The notes under the pieces are model-generated. The model made no database searches and was not told where the DNA came from. It was given only the letters and a program-made list of their open reading frames with translations. The position numbers and the translations under genes are program-made. DNA of 63,962 bases, filler included, from an uncultured bacterium (GTDB taxonomy: Bacteria > CAZSTA01), in assembly GCA_964609495.1 (NCBI GenBank). It is 6 parts of 6 records of this genome, joined end to end, with 100 filler letters (N's around TTAATTAATTAA, not from the genome) between each part and the next. Parts side by side here need not be neighbours in the genome. Positions count along the whole stretch, not along the records: positions 44,937 to 55,809 come from CAZSTA010000122.1; positions 55,910 to 63,962 come from CAZSTA010000171.1; 4 more parts are not named here. The stretch is one strand, 5' to 3'. Below are positions 49,184 to 58,633 of this stretch, piece after piece (positions within the stretch are counted from its first letter, which is position 1; every line of letters begins with the position of its first letter).

Positions 49184-49480
49184 TCAAAACTCCTCTCGCA
49201 TCTTGATCACTAAATCACTTAACTTTTCATCAGGAGGAATGCGGTTATCGAGCATCTTCCTGGCTTCTTGGACGGAGATCACCTTATCATAATCTCCTAG
49301 GATTACAGCTAACTGCTGATCTAGAAGATCAACCTCCTCATTGGCAGATCTCTTCTCTAAGGCTTCTAATATAGCTAGGGTGATAAAATCGTCAAGTCTA
49401 TAATCTCGATTAAGATAGAGGAAATCTTTGAGTTTGGCATATATCTCCTCAGGTATTTCAACTTTAATTATTTCTCCCAT
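49184..49480 (-). CDS. Putative antitoxin (VapB-like)
   Basis: RHH-like N-terminus; C-terminal LSDLVIKMREE; precedes the PIN remnant. Confidence 0.6.
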   Translation of the reverse strand: MGEIIKVEIPEEIYAKLKDFLYLNRDYRLDDFITLAILEALEKRSANEEVDLLDQQLAVILGDYDKVISVQEARKMLDNRIPPDEKLSDLVIKMREEF

Positions 49481-49489
49481 AGAGAAATC

Positions 49490-49533
49490 GTGCAAGGGGG
49501 CTGCCGAGTTTTAGTCGGCAGGGGGAATTGCAC
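49490..49533. mobile_element. IS200/IS605-derived palindrome (PATE/REP-like)
   Basis: Minus strand GTGCAATTCCCCCTGCCGACTAAAACTCGGCAGCCCCCTTGCAC. Confidence 0.6.
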
Positions 49534-49677
49534 AGGTTTCACCTCCTTTCTCTAAGTTTTCTTATCTGGTTTACTTGTGCCTTGTATATTCTCTACCCAC
49601 ATTTCTTAATATTCTAAATATACTTTAATATACTAAATTTTTGTTGTCTTATCAAGTAAAAAAGGTCTTGCCGACCC

Positions 49678-49715
49678 CAATTCATCCCCGAGGCAAGCCT
49701 CGGGGTTTTCTTAGC
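49678..49715. mobile_element. IS200/IS605-derived palindrome (PATE/REP-like)
   Basis: CAATTCATCCCCGAGGCAAGCCTCGGGGTTTTCTTAGC. Confidence 0.6.
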
Positions 49716-49743
49716 ACGCTTCTATAACGGGAAATATGATAAT

Positions 49744-50493
49744 CTAATTTCTCTTTCGATTTATTCTCCAGTTCAAAGAGATGAAATCCCCGCTTATGCG
49801 ATCGGATTCCTCCGAACTTAGAAACATCACTAAAGGAATCACCTCCTCTGGACTCATAAGTAGGGAGCGATCTAGATCCTCCCACCTATCACGCTTCTGC
49901 TCCACCATCTTATGCATCTTAGTATCTACTTCACCCGGATAGATGGCGTTCACATTTATATCAAATTCGAGAACTTCCTCAGCTAGCGATTGAGTAAAAC
50001 CTATTACTCCAAATTTAGATGCGCAATAAGCACTCATAGTTGGAAAGCCGATCTTCCCCGCAATCGAGGAGAAGTTTATAATCTTACCCTTTCTCCGCTT
50101 CTTCATCGGGCCAAGAACTGCTTTGCAACAGAGGAAAGTTCCCTTTAGATTTATATCTATTAACCTTCCCCAATCCTCGGCCTTGACCTCATCAACGGCT
50201 CCGATGGGTTCAACTACAGCGGCGTTATTGATTAATATATCCACAGTCCCAAACTCCTCTATAGTTCTTCTCACCATCTCATTTACCTCATCTTCTTTTG
50301 ACACATCAGTCTTAATCGCTAGAGCTTCCCCTTCCAAAGTTCGAATCTCCTCGGCTGTTTCATCGATCTCACGCTGAGTCCTAGCCGCCACTACTACCTT
50401 GGCGCCCTCTTTAGCAAAGGCGATAGCAATGGCCTTCCCGATTCCTCTTCCCCCTCCGGTTATGATAACAACTTTATCTTTTAATTTCAGTAT
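49744..50493 (-). CDS. SDR family oxidoreductase (FabG-like); non-canonical start (ATA 50493 or CTG 50490)
   Basis: Frame extends upstream of the track ORF to LKDKVVIITGGGRGIG; NNA, YCASK; in-frame stop at 50497-50499. Confidence 0.88.
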   Translation of the reverse strand: MLKLKDKVVIITGGGRGIGKAIAIAFAKEGAKVVVAARTQREIDETAEEIRTLEGEALAIKTDVSKEDEVNEMVRRTIEEFGTVDILINNAAVVEPIGAVDEVKAEDWGRLIDINLKGTFLCCKAVLGPMKKRRKGKIINFSSIAGKIGFPTMSAYCASKFGVIGFTQSLAEEVLEFDINVNAIYPGEVDTKMHKMVEQKRDRWEDLDRSLLMSPEEVIPLVMFLSSEESDRISGDFISLNWRINRKRN

Positions 50494-50612
50494 AAATCAG
50501 CTCCCTTCTATTTAAGAACTTTGAGGACTGATATTACTACCTATCAGCAATCTCAGGAGATTCTCAGTCCTCTCTAAATCCTTCTTCGCCCTCATCTTTT
50601 CTCTGGGATAAT

Positions 50613-50954
50613 TTAGCTCGTTTTTTGAGGTAAGAAAAACCTCTGAGCTTTTAGAACGAAGATAGTTGCTCCCCCAACTATCACTTCGATTGGGTGGAAG
50701 GCATGGGTTCCAGTTGGCATAGTAGCGGGTAGGGGAAGGTCGATATATCTCTCTCGGGCATGGCAGGTCTCCCGAATTATGGATATAGCCTCATCTACTC
50801 GTTCCTCTTCTACACCGATGAGGATAGTGGTGTTACCTCCCCTTAGGAATCCTCCGGTGCTAGCCAATTTTGTGCACCGAATATTTCTCTCTGCCAACCT
50901 AAACAGGAGATTGGGCGAGTCTCGATCTTGCACTATCGCTATTAATAATCTCAC
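50613..50954 (-). CDS. darA: c-di-AMP receptor, PII-like (DarA/PstA/YaaQ)
   Basis: MRLLIAIVQDRD, TKLASTGGFLRGGNTT, VGGATIFV. Confidence 0.92.
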   Translation of the reverse strand: MRLLIAIVQDRDSPNLLFRLAERNIRCTKLASTGGFLRGGNTTILIGVEEERVDEAISIIRETCHARERYIDLPLPATMPTGTHAFHPIEVIVGGATIFVLKAQRFFLPQKTS

Positions 50955-51021
50955 TTTTACTCTCTCCTTTCTCTATTTGGTCACTACATTTATCAACCTC
51001 CCTGGTAGATAGATGATTAAT

Positions 51022-51081
51022 AAAAAACTCCCGCCACCAGTAACTGGCATTACCAGGACAGGAGTATTACCTTCAGCAACG
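51022..51081 (-). ncRNA. Riboswitch-like leader with overlapping terminator (resembles Na+-I/DUF1646)
   Basis: CGTTGCTGAAGG-TAATACTCCTGT-CCTGGTAATG stem competes with terminator CTCCTGTC...GGCGGGAG-TTTTTT. Confidence 0.55.
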
Positions 51082-51124
51082 CACTCTCTTCACTAAGCAT
51101 TGATTGAGAGAGAATATCAGAATA

Positions 51125-51199
51125 TGGTGGAGCTGGTGGGAATTGAACCCACGACCTTCTCCATGCCAAGGAGACGCGCTCCCCCTGCGCCACAGCCCC
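51125..51199 (-). tRNA. tRNA-Ala (GGC)
   Basis: GGGGCTG/CAGCTCC acceptor stem with G3:U70, anticodon loop TTGGCAT, GGTTCAATTCC T-arm, encoded CCA. Confidence 0.97.
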
Positions 51200-51223
51200 A
51201 TATCAATCCCTCGGTCTAATTAT

Positions 51224-51252
51224 ATTATACTAGAGGATTGAGAAAATGTCAA
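51224..51252 (-). promoter_or_regulatory. sigma70 promoter of tRNA-Ala (possibly reading through to darA)
   Basis: Perfect TTGACA-17-TATAAT. Confidence 0.8.
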
Positions 51253-51332
51253 GAGTTTTTTCATAAATATCGGAAAATTTCGTTGATAAAAGCTATGTTT
51301 TATGGTATGATGATGCGAGAGGAGGGATAGTT

Positions 51333-51932
51333 ATGGAGCAGCGCAGACCAGGATGTATAACTGCCTTAGCAGTCCTCACGGTAATTATAGGTATAGGGGC
51401 GCTTCTTTTAATGGCGAAAGCTTATATGGTGGAGAAGGCTGATAAGGAAGCCATCTCTGTGACATGGAGGGAATACATAGAGAGGAATAAAAATTTCTCT
51501 TTTCATGAATATGTGTTGAGGATCTCCTTCCTCTTCGCTCTTCTGGTGGTAGCTCCTATAATCACCGCGCTTGGACTCCTCAGGATGGAGAGATGGGCTA
51601 GATTCACCTCAGCCCTTATCTATGGTCTCGCGGCTATCTTTCTAAGCCTCGGTCTAGTAATGATATCGCTGGAGGAGAGGAGAAGTATCGCCAGCAGTTT
51701 TCAAGACATAGTGTTCGTTCTTATATACTTAGCTCTCATTTCCTTTTTCGTCTATATATTTCAATATCTACTTTTCTCCGAGAGTTCTATACGGGCTTTT
51801 GGGTTGAAGAGGAGTTCTTCTGCCTCGAAGGAGGGAGTGATTGTTGAATCCGAGGTTTCCCCTCTCGAGGTAGCTGATCCAGAGGTTAATGAGACCTCAC
51901 CTGAGATATCCAGCGAAAGGAGGGTTCCTTGA
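51333..51932 (+). CDS. Hypothetical membrane protein (4 TM)
   Basis: GGAGG SD; RPGCITALAV N-terminus; four hydrophobic segments. Confidence 0.75.
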   Translation: MEQRRPGCITALAVLTVIIGIGALLLMAKAYMVEKADKEAISVTWREYIERNKNFSFHEYVLRISFLFALLVVAPIITALGLLRMERWARFTSALIYGLAAIFLSLGLVMISLEERRSIASSFQDIVFVLIYLALISFFVYIFQYLLFSESSIRAFGLKRSSSASKEGVIVESEVSPLEVADPEVNETSPEISSERRVP

Positions 51933-52251
51933 TAGATGCAGATAGCCTAGGAGTTACTTCGACGATACCGATGTTTTGATCATCCTGCAACATCTCCAGA
52001 GATTCGAGGTCTCCGATCTGTCGGAGAAAACTTTTCAGATCCTCTTCACTCACCATCCAAGGCGCATATTCACCCTTACTGCGTTGAACGCTCTCCTTAT
52101 CTCGATAGGCCTTTAATTTGATGAATTCTCCTCTCTTTCCCTTTCTTATCCAGTTTCGAACCGTGGCGGGATCGATACATAATTTCTCCGCTATCTGCTC
52201 TGGAGTTAGATAGGTAGATATTCCTTTAGAGATAAAGGTGATGGGAGGCAT
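51886..52251 (-). CDS. HTH_17/MerR-like (excisionase-type) DNA-binding protein
   Basis: YLTPEQIAEKLCIDPATVRNWIRKG...W.V.EEDL..FL; AAGGAG SD before ATG 52251. Confidence 0.75.
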   Translation of the reverse strand: MPPITFISKGISTYLTPEQIAEKLCIDPATVRNWIRKGKRGEFIKLKAYRDKESVQRSKGEYAPWMVSEEDLKSFLRQIGDLESLEMLQDDQNIGIVEVTPRLSASIKEPSFRWISQVRSH

Positions 52252-52375
52252 ATTATCTGATCTCCTTTCTTTATTATAATCTGTAGGAGTGAAAGGAAGG
52301 AGGGGCTTATACATCCCCTCCTTAGTCAAATTAGGAGGGATTAAGAACTTAACAAGGGTGGTTGGGTAAGTGAGC

Positions 52376-53515
52376 TTATTTGGGGGGAAGGGAATTATCT
52401 GTGATATCATTGCTATCTGACTTTTTGTATATCTCCTCCGAAAGAAGCTTGTTTAACATCTCGTCGAAGCGCTTGACTATGATCGGGAGAAGACCTCTAG
52501 TATCAATATTTGCTATTTCGTCAGCCCTCAAGCCGGCTTTAGTGTCTCTTATAGCCCGGCCGATGGTTAGTTGGCAGGGGCGAAAGTGGCCGGTGCAAAG
52601 ACCACTCCTCACTCGTCGAGCACAATACGTGTTTATCTTAGTCTCTATTAGGTTTATGCTCTGATGATTGAGGAATTCCTCTGAGCGAGGAAATAATTCT
52701 TGGAAGGACTGCCAGAACCACTGACGGAAGGTCTGGGTCAAGGGGGTGGGGTCCGTCTCAAAGAGACAAAAGTTGTCCAAGGCACAAGCCCGAGTCGGAG
52801 GCTCATGACCGGGGAGCTTATTATATCCCGCCACTTTGGACATCAGATCAGGAGAGAGTGATTTTGGGGAAGGGGAATTGCTTACTTGAGGGCTGACGAA
52901 GGATGTGGTTCGTTTTTGTTGATTTAAGTAATGATATTGACGGATCGCGGGTTTGAGATCTCCTTCGGGGGAGATGGGAGAATTGTTTAACGAAACGTTA
53001 AGGCCATCCCTTAAAGCAGGGATATTATTGCTTTCCCCAATAGTGTCAAGTTTATTTGACAAATCTTCTTGACAATTATTTAATATTTCGTTAAATTCAG
53101 CTTTAGATTCCTCGGAGGCTAAATTAGATTTAACGACCTCTTGAAGGCGCTCTGGGCTGAAGTGAGGGATCAGAGGCACTTTCCAATTGCCGAAATTATC
53201 GTTTATGGAGTACTCGCACTTATCCTCGTCCCAGATGATTACTCCATCCTCAGCTAAACGATTCAACTCCTTTTTGATGTGTTGCTCAGGGATACCAGCA
53301 AGAGTCTGAAAGTCTCGCTTAATGGGAATATGAGCATATTCCTTCTCGCATCCATAAGATAGTCGGATGATAAGATCTAGGATAGATCGCTGTCTCTTTG
53401 AGAAATCCGATATCATAATGCGCTCTAGTATTTGATTTTTCAGTTTTAGGTATCCCCCAGAGGGGATATATCCCTGCCAATTATTCTTCATTTCTCTGTT
53501 AAATTCATTTGACAA
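52376..53515 (-). CDS. Phage replication protein O-like initiator
   Basis: GYLKLKNQILE...DFSKRQRSIL...IRLSYG...L..L...GVI...YSIN...W matches the lambda O-type N-terminal wHTH; start uncertain. Confidence 0.7.
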   Translation of the reverse strand: MSNEFNREMKNNWQGYIPSGGYLKLKNQILERIMISDFSKRQRSILDLIIRLSYGCEKEYAHIPIKRDFQTLAGIPEQHIKKELNRLAEDGVIIWDEDKCEYSINDNFGNWKVPLIPHFSPERLQEVVKSNLASEESKAEFNEILNNCQEDLSNKLDTIGESNNIPALRDGLNVSLNNSPISPEGDLKPAIRQYHYLNQQKRTTSFVSPQVSNSPSPKSLSPDLMSKVAGYNKLPGHEPPTRACALDNFCLFETDPTPLTQTFRQWFWQSFQELFPRSEEFLNHQSINLIETKINTYCARRVRSGLCTGHFRPCQLTIGRAIRDTKAGLRADEIANIDTRGLLPIIVKRFDEMLNKLLSEEIYKKSDSNDITDNSLPPK

Positions 53516-53570
53516 ATATTCAGAGTTATTTTACAAAATGTTAATTTAATGAATCGTTCCTCCTACCTAC

Positions 53571-53677
53571 AGTATACCATATAAATCATAATTTGTCAAG
53601 TGTTTTTAACAATTTATTTAAAATTATTTAAAATTTTTAATAAAAATATTTACAAAACACCAAAAAAGTGTTAAAAT
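53571..53677. promoter_or_regulatory. Divergent promoter pair with palindromic operator
   Basis: Leftward TTGACA-17-TATACT (53571-53599); rightward TTTACA-17-TAAAAT (53649-53677); TGTCAA-N6-TTAACA at 53594-53611. Confidence 0.65.
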
Positions 53678-53746
53678 AGGGGAGCGGGGGAATTGAGATG
53701 TCAATATATTTTAGCTTTTACCTTCCGGGAAGAGAGGACTGACAAG

Positions 53747-54247
53747 GTGAGCGAGCTTGGGGACGAGATTAAGAGAATTCGAGGAGAGAGGGGTGTATCG
53801 CAAAGAACTCTAGCCAGGAAAGCAGGAGTATCTAATACTACTTTAGCCTATATAGAGGCTGGAGAGACTAATCCCCGACCTGATACCTTGAAGAAGATAG
53901 CCGAAGCTCTGAATATCTCTTATGAGGAGTTGCTTATAAAGGCTGGCTATTTATCTCCAGATAGTGAAGAGGATAAGGTTCCAGAGGTCTCTAGTCCTCT
54001 TCAAATAGAATTTACAAAACATCCTCTAAGTCGGTTGGTAGCGAAATTTGAGGCTTTGCCTCCTGAATATCAGAAAGTAGCCCTCGCTTTAGCCGAGGCT
54101 CAAATAGATAAGTTAGCGGAATTGGCTGGAACCAAGATCGAATTTGAGAAGGATGAGGGGAGAAAGGAGGGGGGATGCAAGCGGAGAAGGACGGGAAGAT
54201 CGTATAAGAAAAGGAGGAGCATAGGGACAATTTTTGAGGGTAATTAA
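53747..54247 (+). CDS. XRE-family (cI-like) transcriptional regulator
   Basis: LGDEIKRIRGERGVSQRTLARKAGVSNTTLAYIEAGETNP; GAGG SD before GTG 53747. Confidence 0.9.
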   Translation: MSELGDEIKRIRGERGVSQRTLARKAGVSNTTLAYIEAGETNPRPDTLKKIAEALNISYEELLIKAGYLSPDSEEDKVPEVSSPLQIEFTKHPLSRLVAKFEALPPEYQKVALALAEAQIDKLAELAGTKIEFEKDEGRKEGGCKRRRTGRSYKKRRSIGTIFEGN

Positions 54248-54271
54248 AGGTATAGTCTATTTCTACCTATT

Positions 54272-55282
54272 TCAATCGGATTTCCTCGCCTTATTATATA
54301 TCTGCACCGCTAACTTGATCGCTTCCTGCAAGCTCTGAGGATCGGCGATCCCCTTCCCTGCTATATCATAAGCAGTTCCATGATCTACTGAGGTACGGAT
54401 TACCGGAATTCCTAGAGTAAGGTTTACTCCCTCCTTGAAGCCGAACATCTTAACTGGAATATGTCCTTGATCGTGATACATAGCAACAACTATGTCAAAC
54501 TCCCCTTTCATCGCTCGGAAGAATATCGAGTCGGGAGGGATGGGGCCTCTGGCGTCGATCTCCATTTCGATTGCCGCCTCTATCGCCGGTCTTATCTCGT
54601 ATATCTCCTCTTGTCCGAATATACCTCCTTCTCCGGCATGGGGATTCAAGCCAGCCACCGCTACTCTGGGCTTGGATATTCCCATCTGCTCGGCAGTCTG
54701 ATGAGCGATCTTGATAGCCTTAAGAACTCTCTCCTTAGTTACAAGATCGCACGCCTGTCTAAGCGAGATATGAGTGCTTACATGAATCACCCTCAAGGGA
54801 CCTGAGATCAACATCATCGCGACCTCAGAGGAATTTGTCAACTCCGCCAATATCTCGGTATGCCCTCCATAGCTATATCCTGCCTTGTGCATCGCCTCCT
54901 TATTCAAAGGAGCGGTTACGAGGGCTTGGACCTTACCCTGCATAGCTAGCTTAGTCGCCTTAATCACATATTCTACGGCGGCCTTTCCCGCTTGAGGAGA
55001 GACTTTACCTATAGTTAGTCTTTGTAAGTTGATATTATCTAAATCTAAAACATCTATAGAACCAAATTTGAAATTCGCATCACTAATTAATTTAATAGGA
55101 TGGACAGATAGATCGGGGAGATCGAGCATATCGAGAGTCATCGAGATAACGGAAGCAGCTCCGATAACTACAGGATGACACATTCTATATATCTTCTTCT
55201 TAGCTAGGGTTTTCAGTATGATCTCAGGACCAATGCCTGCTGGATCTCCCATCGTAATAGCGATAATCGGTTTAGCTCTCAT
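54272..55282 (-). CDS. pdxA: 4-hydroxythreonine-4-phosphate / D-threonate-4-phosphate dehydrogenase (PdxA2)
   Basis: TMGDPAGIGPE, GHTE, NPHAGE, MYHDQG, RTSVDHGTA. Confidence 0.95.
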   Translation of the reverse strand: MRAKPIIAITMGDPAGIGPEIILKTLAKKKIYRMCHPVVIGAASVISMTLDMLDLPDLSVHPIKLISDANFKFGSIDVLDLDNINLQRLTIGKVSPQAGKAAVEYVIKATKLAMQGKVQALVTAPLNKEAMHKAGYSYGGHTEILAELTNSSEVAMMLISGPLRVIHVSTHISLRQACDLVTKERVLKAIKIAHQTAEQMGISKPRVAVAGLNPHAGEGGIFGQEEIYEIRPAIEAAIEMEIDARGPIPPDSIFFRAMKGEFDIVVAMYHDQGHIPVKMFGFKEGVNLTLGIPVIRTSVDHGTAYDIAGKGIADPQSLQEAIKLAVQIYNKARKSD

Positions 55283-55809
55283 CTTCCCTCCTTAAATACA
55301 GTATGCTCTTTAATAGAGCCTCTTTCCTTCCAAATCCGCCGGCCTTAGTTATCATTGGCAATCCCTCGAAATTTCCTCCCCAAGTTTGAACTAATGGTAT
55401 CCCTGGCAATACCTCCTCTCGAATCTTCAGGGCTGAGGTTCCCAAAGCTCTGAGGACATGATTAGCTGTCTCTCCACCTGTGAGCACCAAACCTGATATA
55501 TTTGCCCGTTCTAGTATTATACGCCCTATCTTACCCAATCCTATCCCCACGGAGAGGCGAACTTCACGATCGAGGAGTTTATCAGAGCTTGGAGGCTGGG
55601 GATAGCAAGAGCTTACTATAACCTCATTTCCCTTTTCAATATTCGCCAGGGCTTGCTTAATTATAGGCTCTATTGAGGATCCTACCTCAAACTTCACTAG
55701 CCTGGCATCTAACTTATCAAGCGTATATTCGATCTGCTCAAGAGTAGTCTTGTTATAGCTACCAGCGATTATCAGAACAGGAGAATTGAAGCGAGGAGTA
55801 AGGGGGCGA
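55272..55809 (-). CDS. Four-carbon acid sugar kinase (DUF1537/DtnK family), 5' partial
   Basis: LIIAGS, LTGGETA, TKAGGFG; frame open to the contig end; overlaps the pdxA start. Confidence 0.88.
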
Positions 55810-55909
55810 NNNNNNNNNNNNNNNNNNNNNNNNNNNNNNNNNNNNNNNNNNNNTTAATTAATTAANNNNNNNNNNNNNNNNNNNNNNNNNNNNNNNNNNN
55901 NNNNNNNNN
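55810..55909. other. Artificial contig linker
   Basis: N44-TTAATTAATTAA-N44. Confidence 0.99.
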
Positions 55910-58566
55910 AATTAAAGGAGGAGATAGGGAAGGTATCTCTCCTAGGGGAGGTAGCGAAGCCAGGGTTATATGGGATAAGGGAGGATTCGACCTTATTAGA
56001 GGTGATAGTCGAGTCAGGAGGTGCAGGCGATAGAGCTGATCTAGGGGAAGCTTCCTTAGTTAGAGATGGACAGAAGGTAGCTCTTGATCTTATCTCTCTT
56101 CTTGAGGAAGGGGATACCACTAAGGATATGACCTTGCAGAGAGGGGATTTGATATTAATCCCGAAGATACCAGAATTAAAGGAGGAGATAGGAGAGGTAT
56201 CGATACTGGGAGAGGTCCTCAGTCCCGGTTTGTATAAGATCAGGGATGGAGATACTTTGCTCAAGGTGATAGTCCAAGCAGGTGGTCCAACCAATAAAGC
56301 GAGTTTAATTGAATCTTCCTTAGTCAGAGGCAAGGAGAAGCTTCCAGTGAATTTAGCTTCGCTCCTCGAAGGAAATATCTCTCAAGATTTGACTTTACGG
56401 AGTGGAGATTTAATTCTAGTTCCAAGTATCACAGAAACTCCGAAGATATCTTTACTAGGACAGATATCGAAGCCCGGATTTTATGAGATAAAGGAAGAGG
56501 ATACTCTACTTGATATAATGATCAAGGCAGGAGGAACTACAGAGAAGGCTGATTTAACGGAAGCCTCTTTGGTAAGAGGAGAGAGGAAGATAAAGGTGGA
56601 TTTAGCTTCTCTTCTTCAGGAAGGAGATATGAGTAAGGATATCAAATTGCAGGATAATGATTTGATATTAGTCCCTGGTGTACGAGAGGTGGAGGTAAAA
56701 TACGGAGAGGTATCGATATTAGGGCAGGTTGCTAGTCCAGGGCTCTATAGAATTGGCAAAGGGGATACCCTGCTTGGAGTGATAGCTCAGGCTGGTGGAG
56801 CTGCAGAAGAGGCTGATCTGGAGAACTCGATATTGACTAGAGATGGTAAGCAGCTAAATCTTGATCTACGATCTCTGTTGGAGGAAGGCGACACCAATTT
56901 CGATATGGAACTGAAGGATAACGATCTAGTCCTGATCCCACGCAAATCCGATTCGAGAGATAAGGTGACGCTCTTCGGGGAGGTAAATAGGCCCGGCTCT
57001 TATCGGATAGATCGAGATGAGACCCTTCTCGACCTCATCGCTAGAGCAGGAGGGATTAAGGAGGATACCGCGGCAAACACAGCTACCATTAAGCGGGGGG
57101 CGCACCAACTGTTGGTGAATCTAGATCAACTGCTTAGAGAGGGAGAGGTCAGCCAGAATATGGAACTTCGAGCAGGAGATATGATCTTCGTGCCTAAGAG
57201 TACTGCTCAAAATAAGGTATTCGTCTTTGGGCAGGTAGCTAATCCAGGGCTCTATGATATTACTCAGTCTGCAACCTTCCTTGATATTATAGCCAGAGCT
57301 GGAGGCTTAACAGAGGATATATCTTACTCTACGGCAACTGTATCACGAGGCGTAAAGCAGATGACGATCGACCTCAATAAATTGTTACTGGAAGGAGATC
57401 TTAGCTATGATGTCTTACTCGAGCCTAAGGACACGATAATCGTAAAAGGCAGACCTAGTAGTCAAGTATTCATCTTAGGAGAGATCGAGAAACCAGGCTC
57501 GTATCCCATCGAGGATGGTGATACTTTAATAGACATCATAGCTAAGGCAGGAGGAACTACGGAGAGAGCTTTGTTGGAAAAAGCCACCATCGCTCGAGGA
57601 GATAGCGTCCTTGAAGTAGATCTACAGAAGTTGGTTAAGGGAGGAGATATTTCTCAGAATATACCTCTAAAATCTGACGATCTGATATTCATTCCGGAGA
57701 AGGTAAGAGGTAAGGTAGTGGTATTAGGGCAGGTGAATAATCCTGGGACTTATCAATTGGAGAATTCCTCGCTATTAGAAGTAATTGTTCAAGCAGGAGG
57801 CCCATCGGAGGGAGCTGATTTGACAGGTGCTACTTTGACGCGTGCTGGAAAGTTGATCGACCTCAAGTTAGATAAATTGCTGGAGGAGGGAGAGGCAAGC
57901 TATGATATAGCACTTCAGCCGGGAGATAAAATCTTCGTCCCCGATCTGGCAGAAAATCAAGTTCTAATACTAGGACAAGTGAACAGGCCTGGAGCATACG
58001 ATATGAAGCCCGGAGAGAGCTTACTAAGGGCTATAACTCAGGCTGGGGGCCCAGCCGTCAACGCCTCCCTTTCCGCGGCAACGGTTATCCGAGGGGAGAG
58101 TGGAGAGGTCCACCAGGTAAACTTGAAGAGATTCCTCATCGAGGGAGATCGAAGTCAGGATATATCCTTGGAGCTAGGAGATACGATCTTTATTCCAGAG
58201 AAGACAGAAAATAGAATATATGTTTTAGGAGAGGTTAAAAATCCAGGCGTCTTTACTTATGAGGATTATATGAGCGTTCTCCAGGCTATAAGCTTGGCGG
58301 GAGGAGTTACGAATAAGGCGATCTTGAGTAGGGTAAAGATCATAAGGGGTGATATCGATAGTCCAGAGATGATTCCAGCGGATGTGCGTAATCTGATTAA
58401 GAAAGGGGATGTATCTCAGGATATAATCCTATTGCCCGGAGATGTGGTGTTTGTGCCTCAAACCTCTAAGCCTGATTGGGATAATATCTTACAATGGGTT
58501 AGTACAGTTGTAAATGGAATTAACCTCACGCTAGAATTGAGGCAAACCCTGAAGGATACATTTTAG
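55910..58566 (+). CDS. Polysaccharide export protein (Wza/KpsD-like) with at least 10 SLBB repeats; 5' partial
   Basis: Ten G(E/Q)(V/I)xxPGx(Y/F)...GG...D.I..P units; C-terminal amphipathic helix WDNILQWVSTV; frame open from the contig start. Confidence 0.88.
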
Positions 58567-58633
58567 TGATGGGAAAGGGGAGAGGGAGATGATATAGCTA
58601 AGTATGTAAACTCCCTCTCCTTTACTATGTATT

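Noticed and set aside
50955-51120. c-di-AMP (ydaO) riboswitch expected upstream of darA
   Set aside because: ydaO consensus blocks are absent and the structured element is too short
51125-51199. tRNA-Ala as the attachment site of the phage-like module
   Set aside because: The module lies on the 5' side of the tRNA; no duplicated tRNA 3' end and no integrase seen
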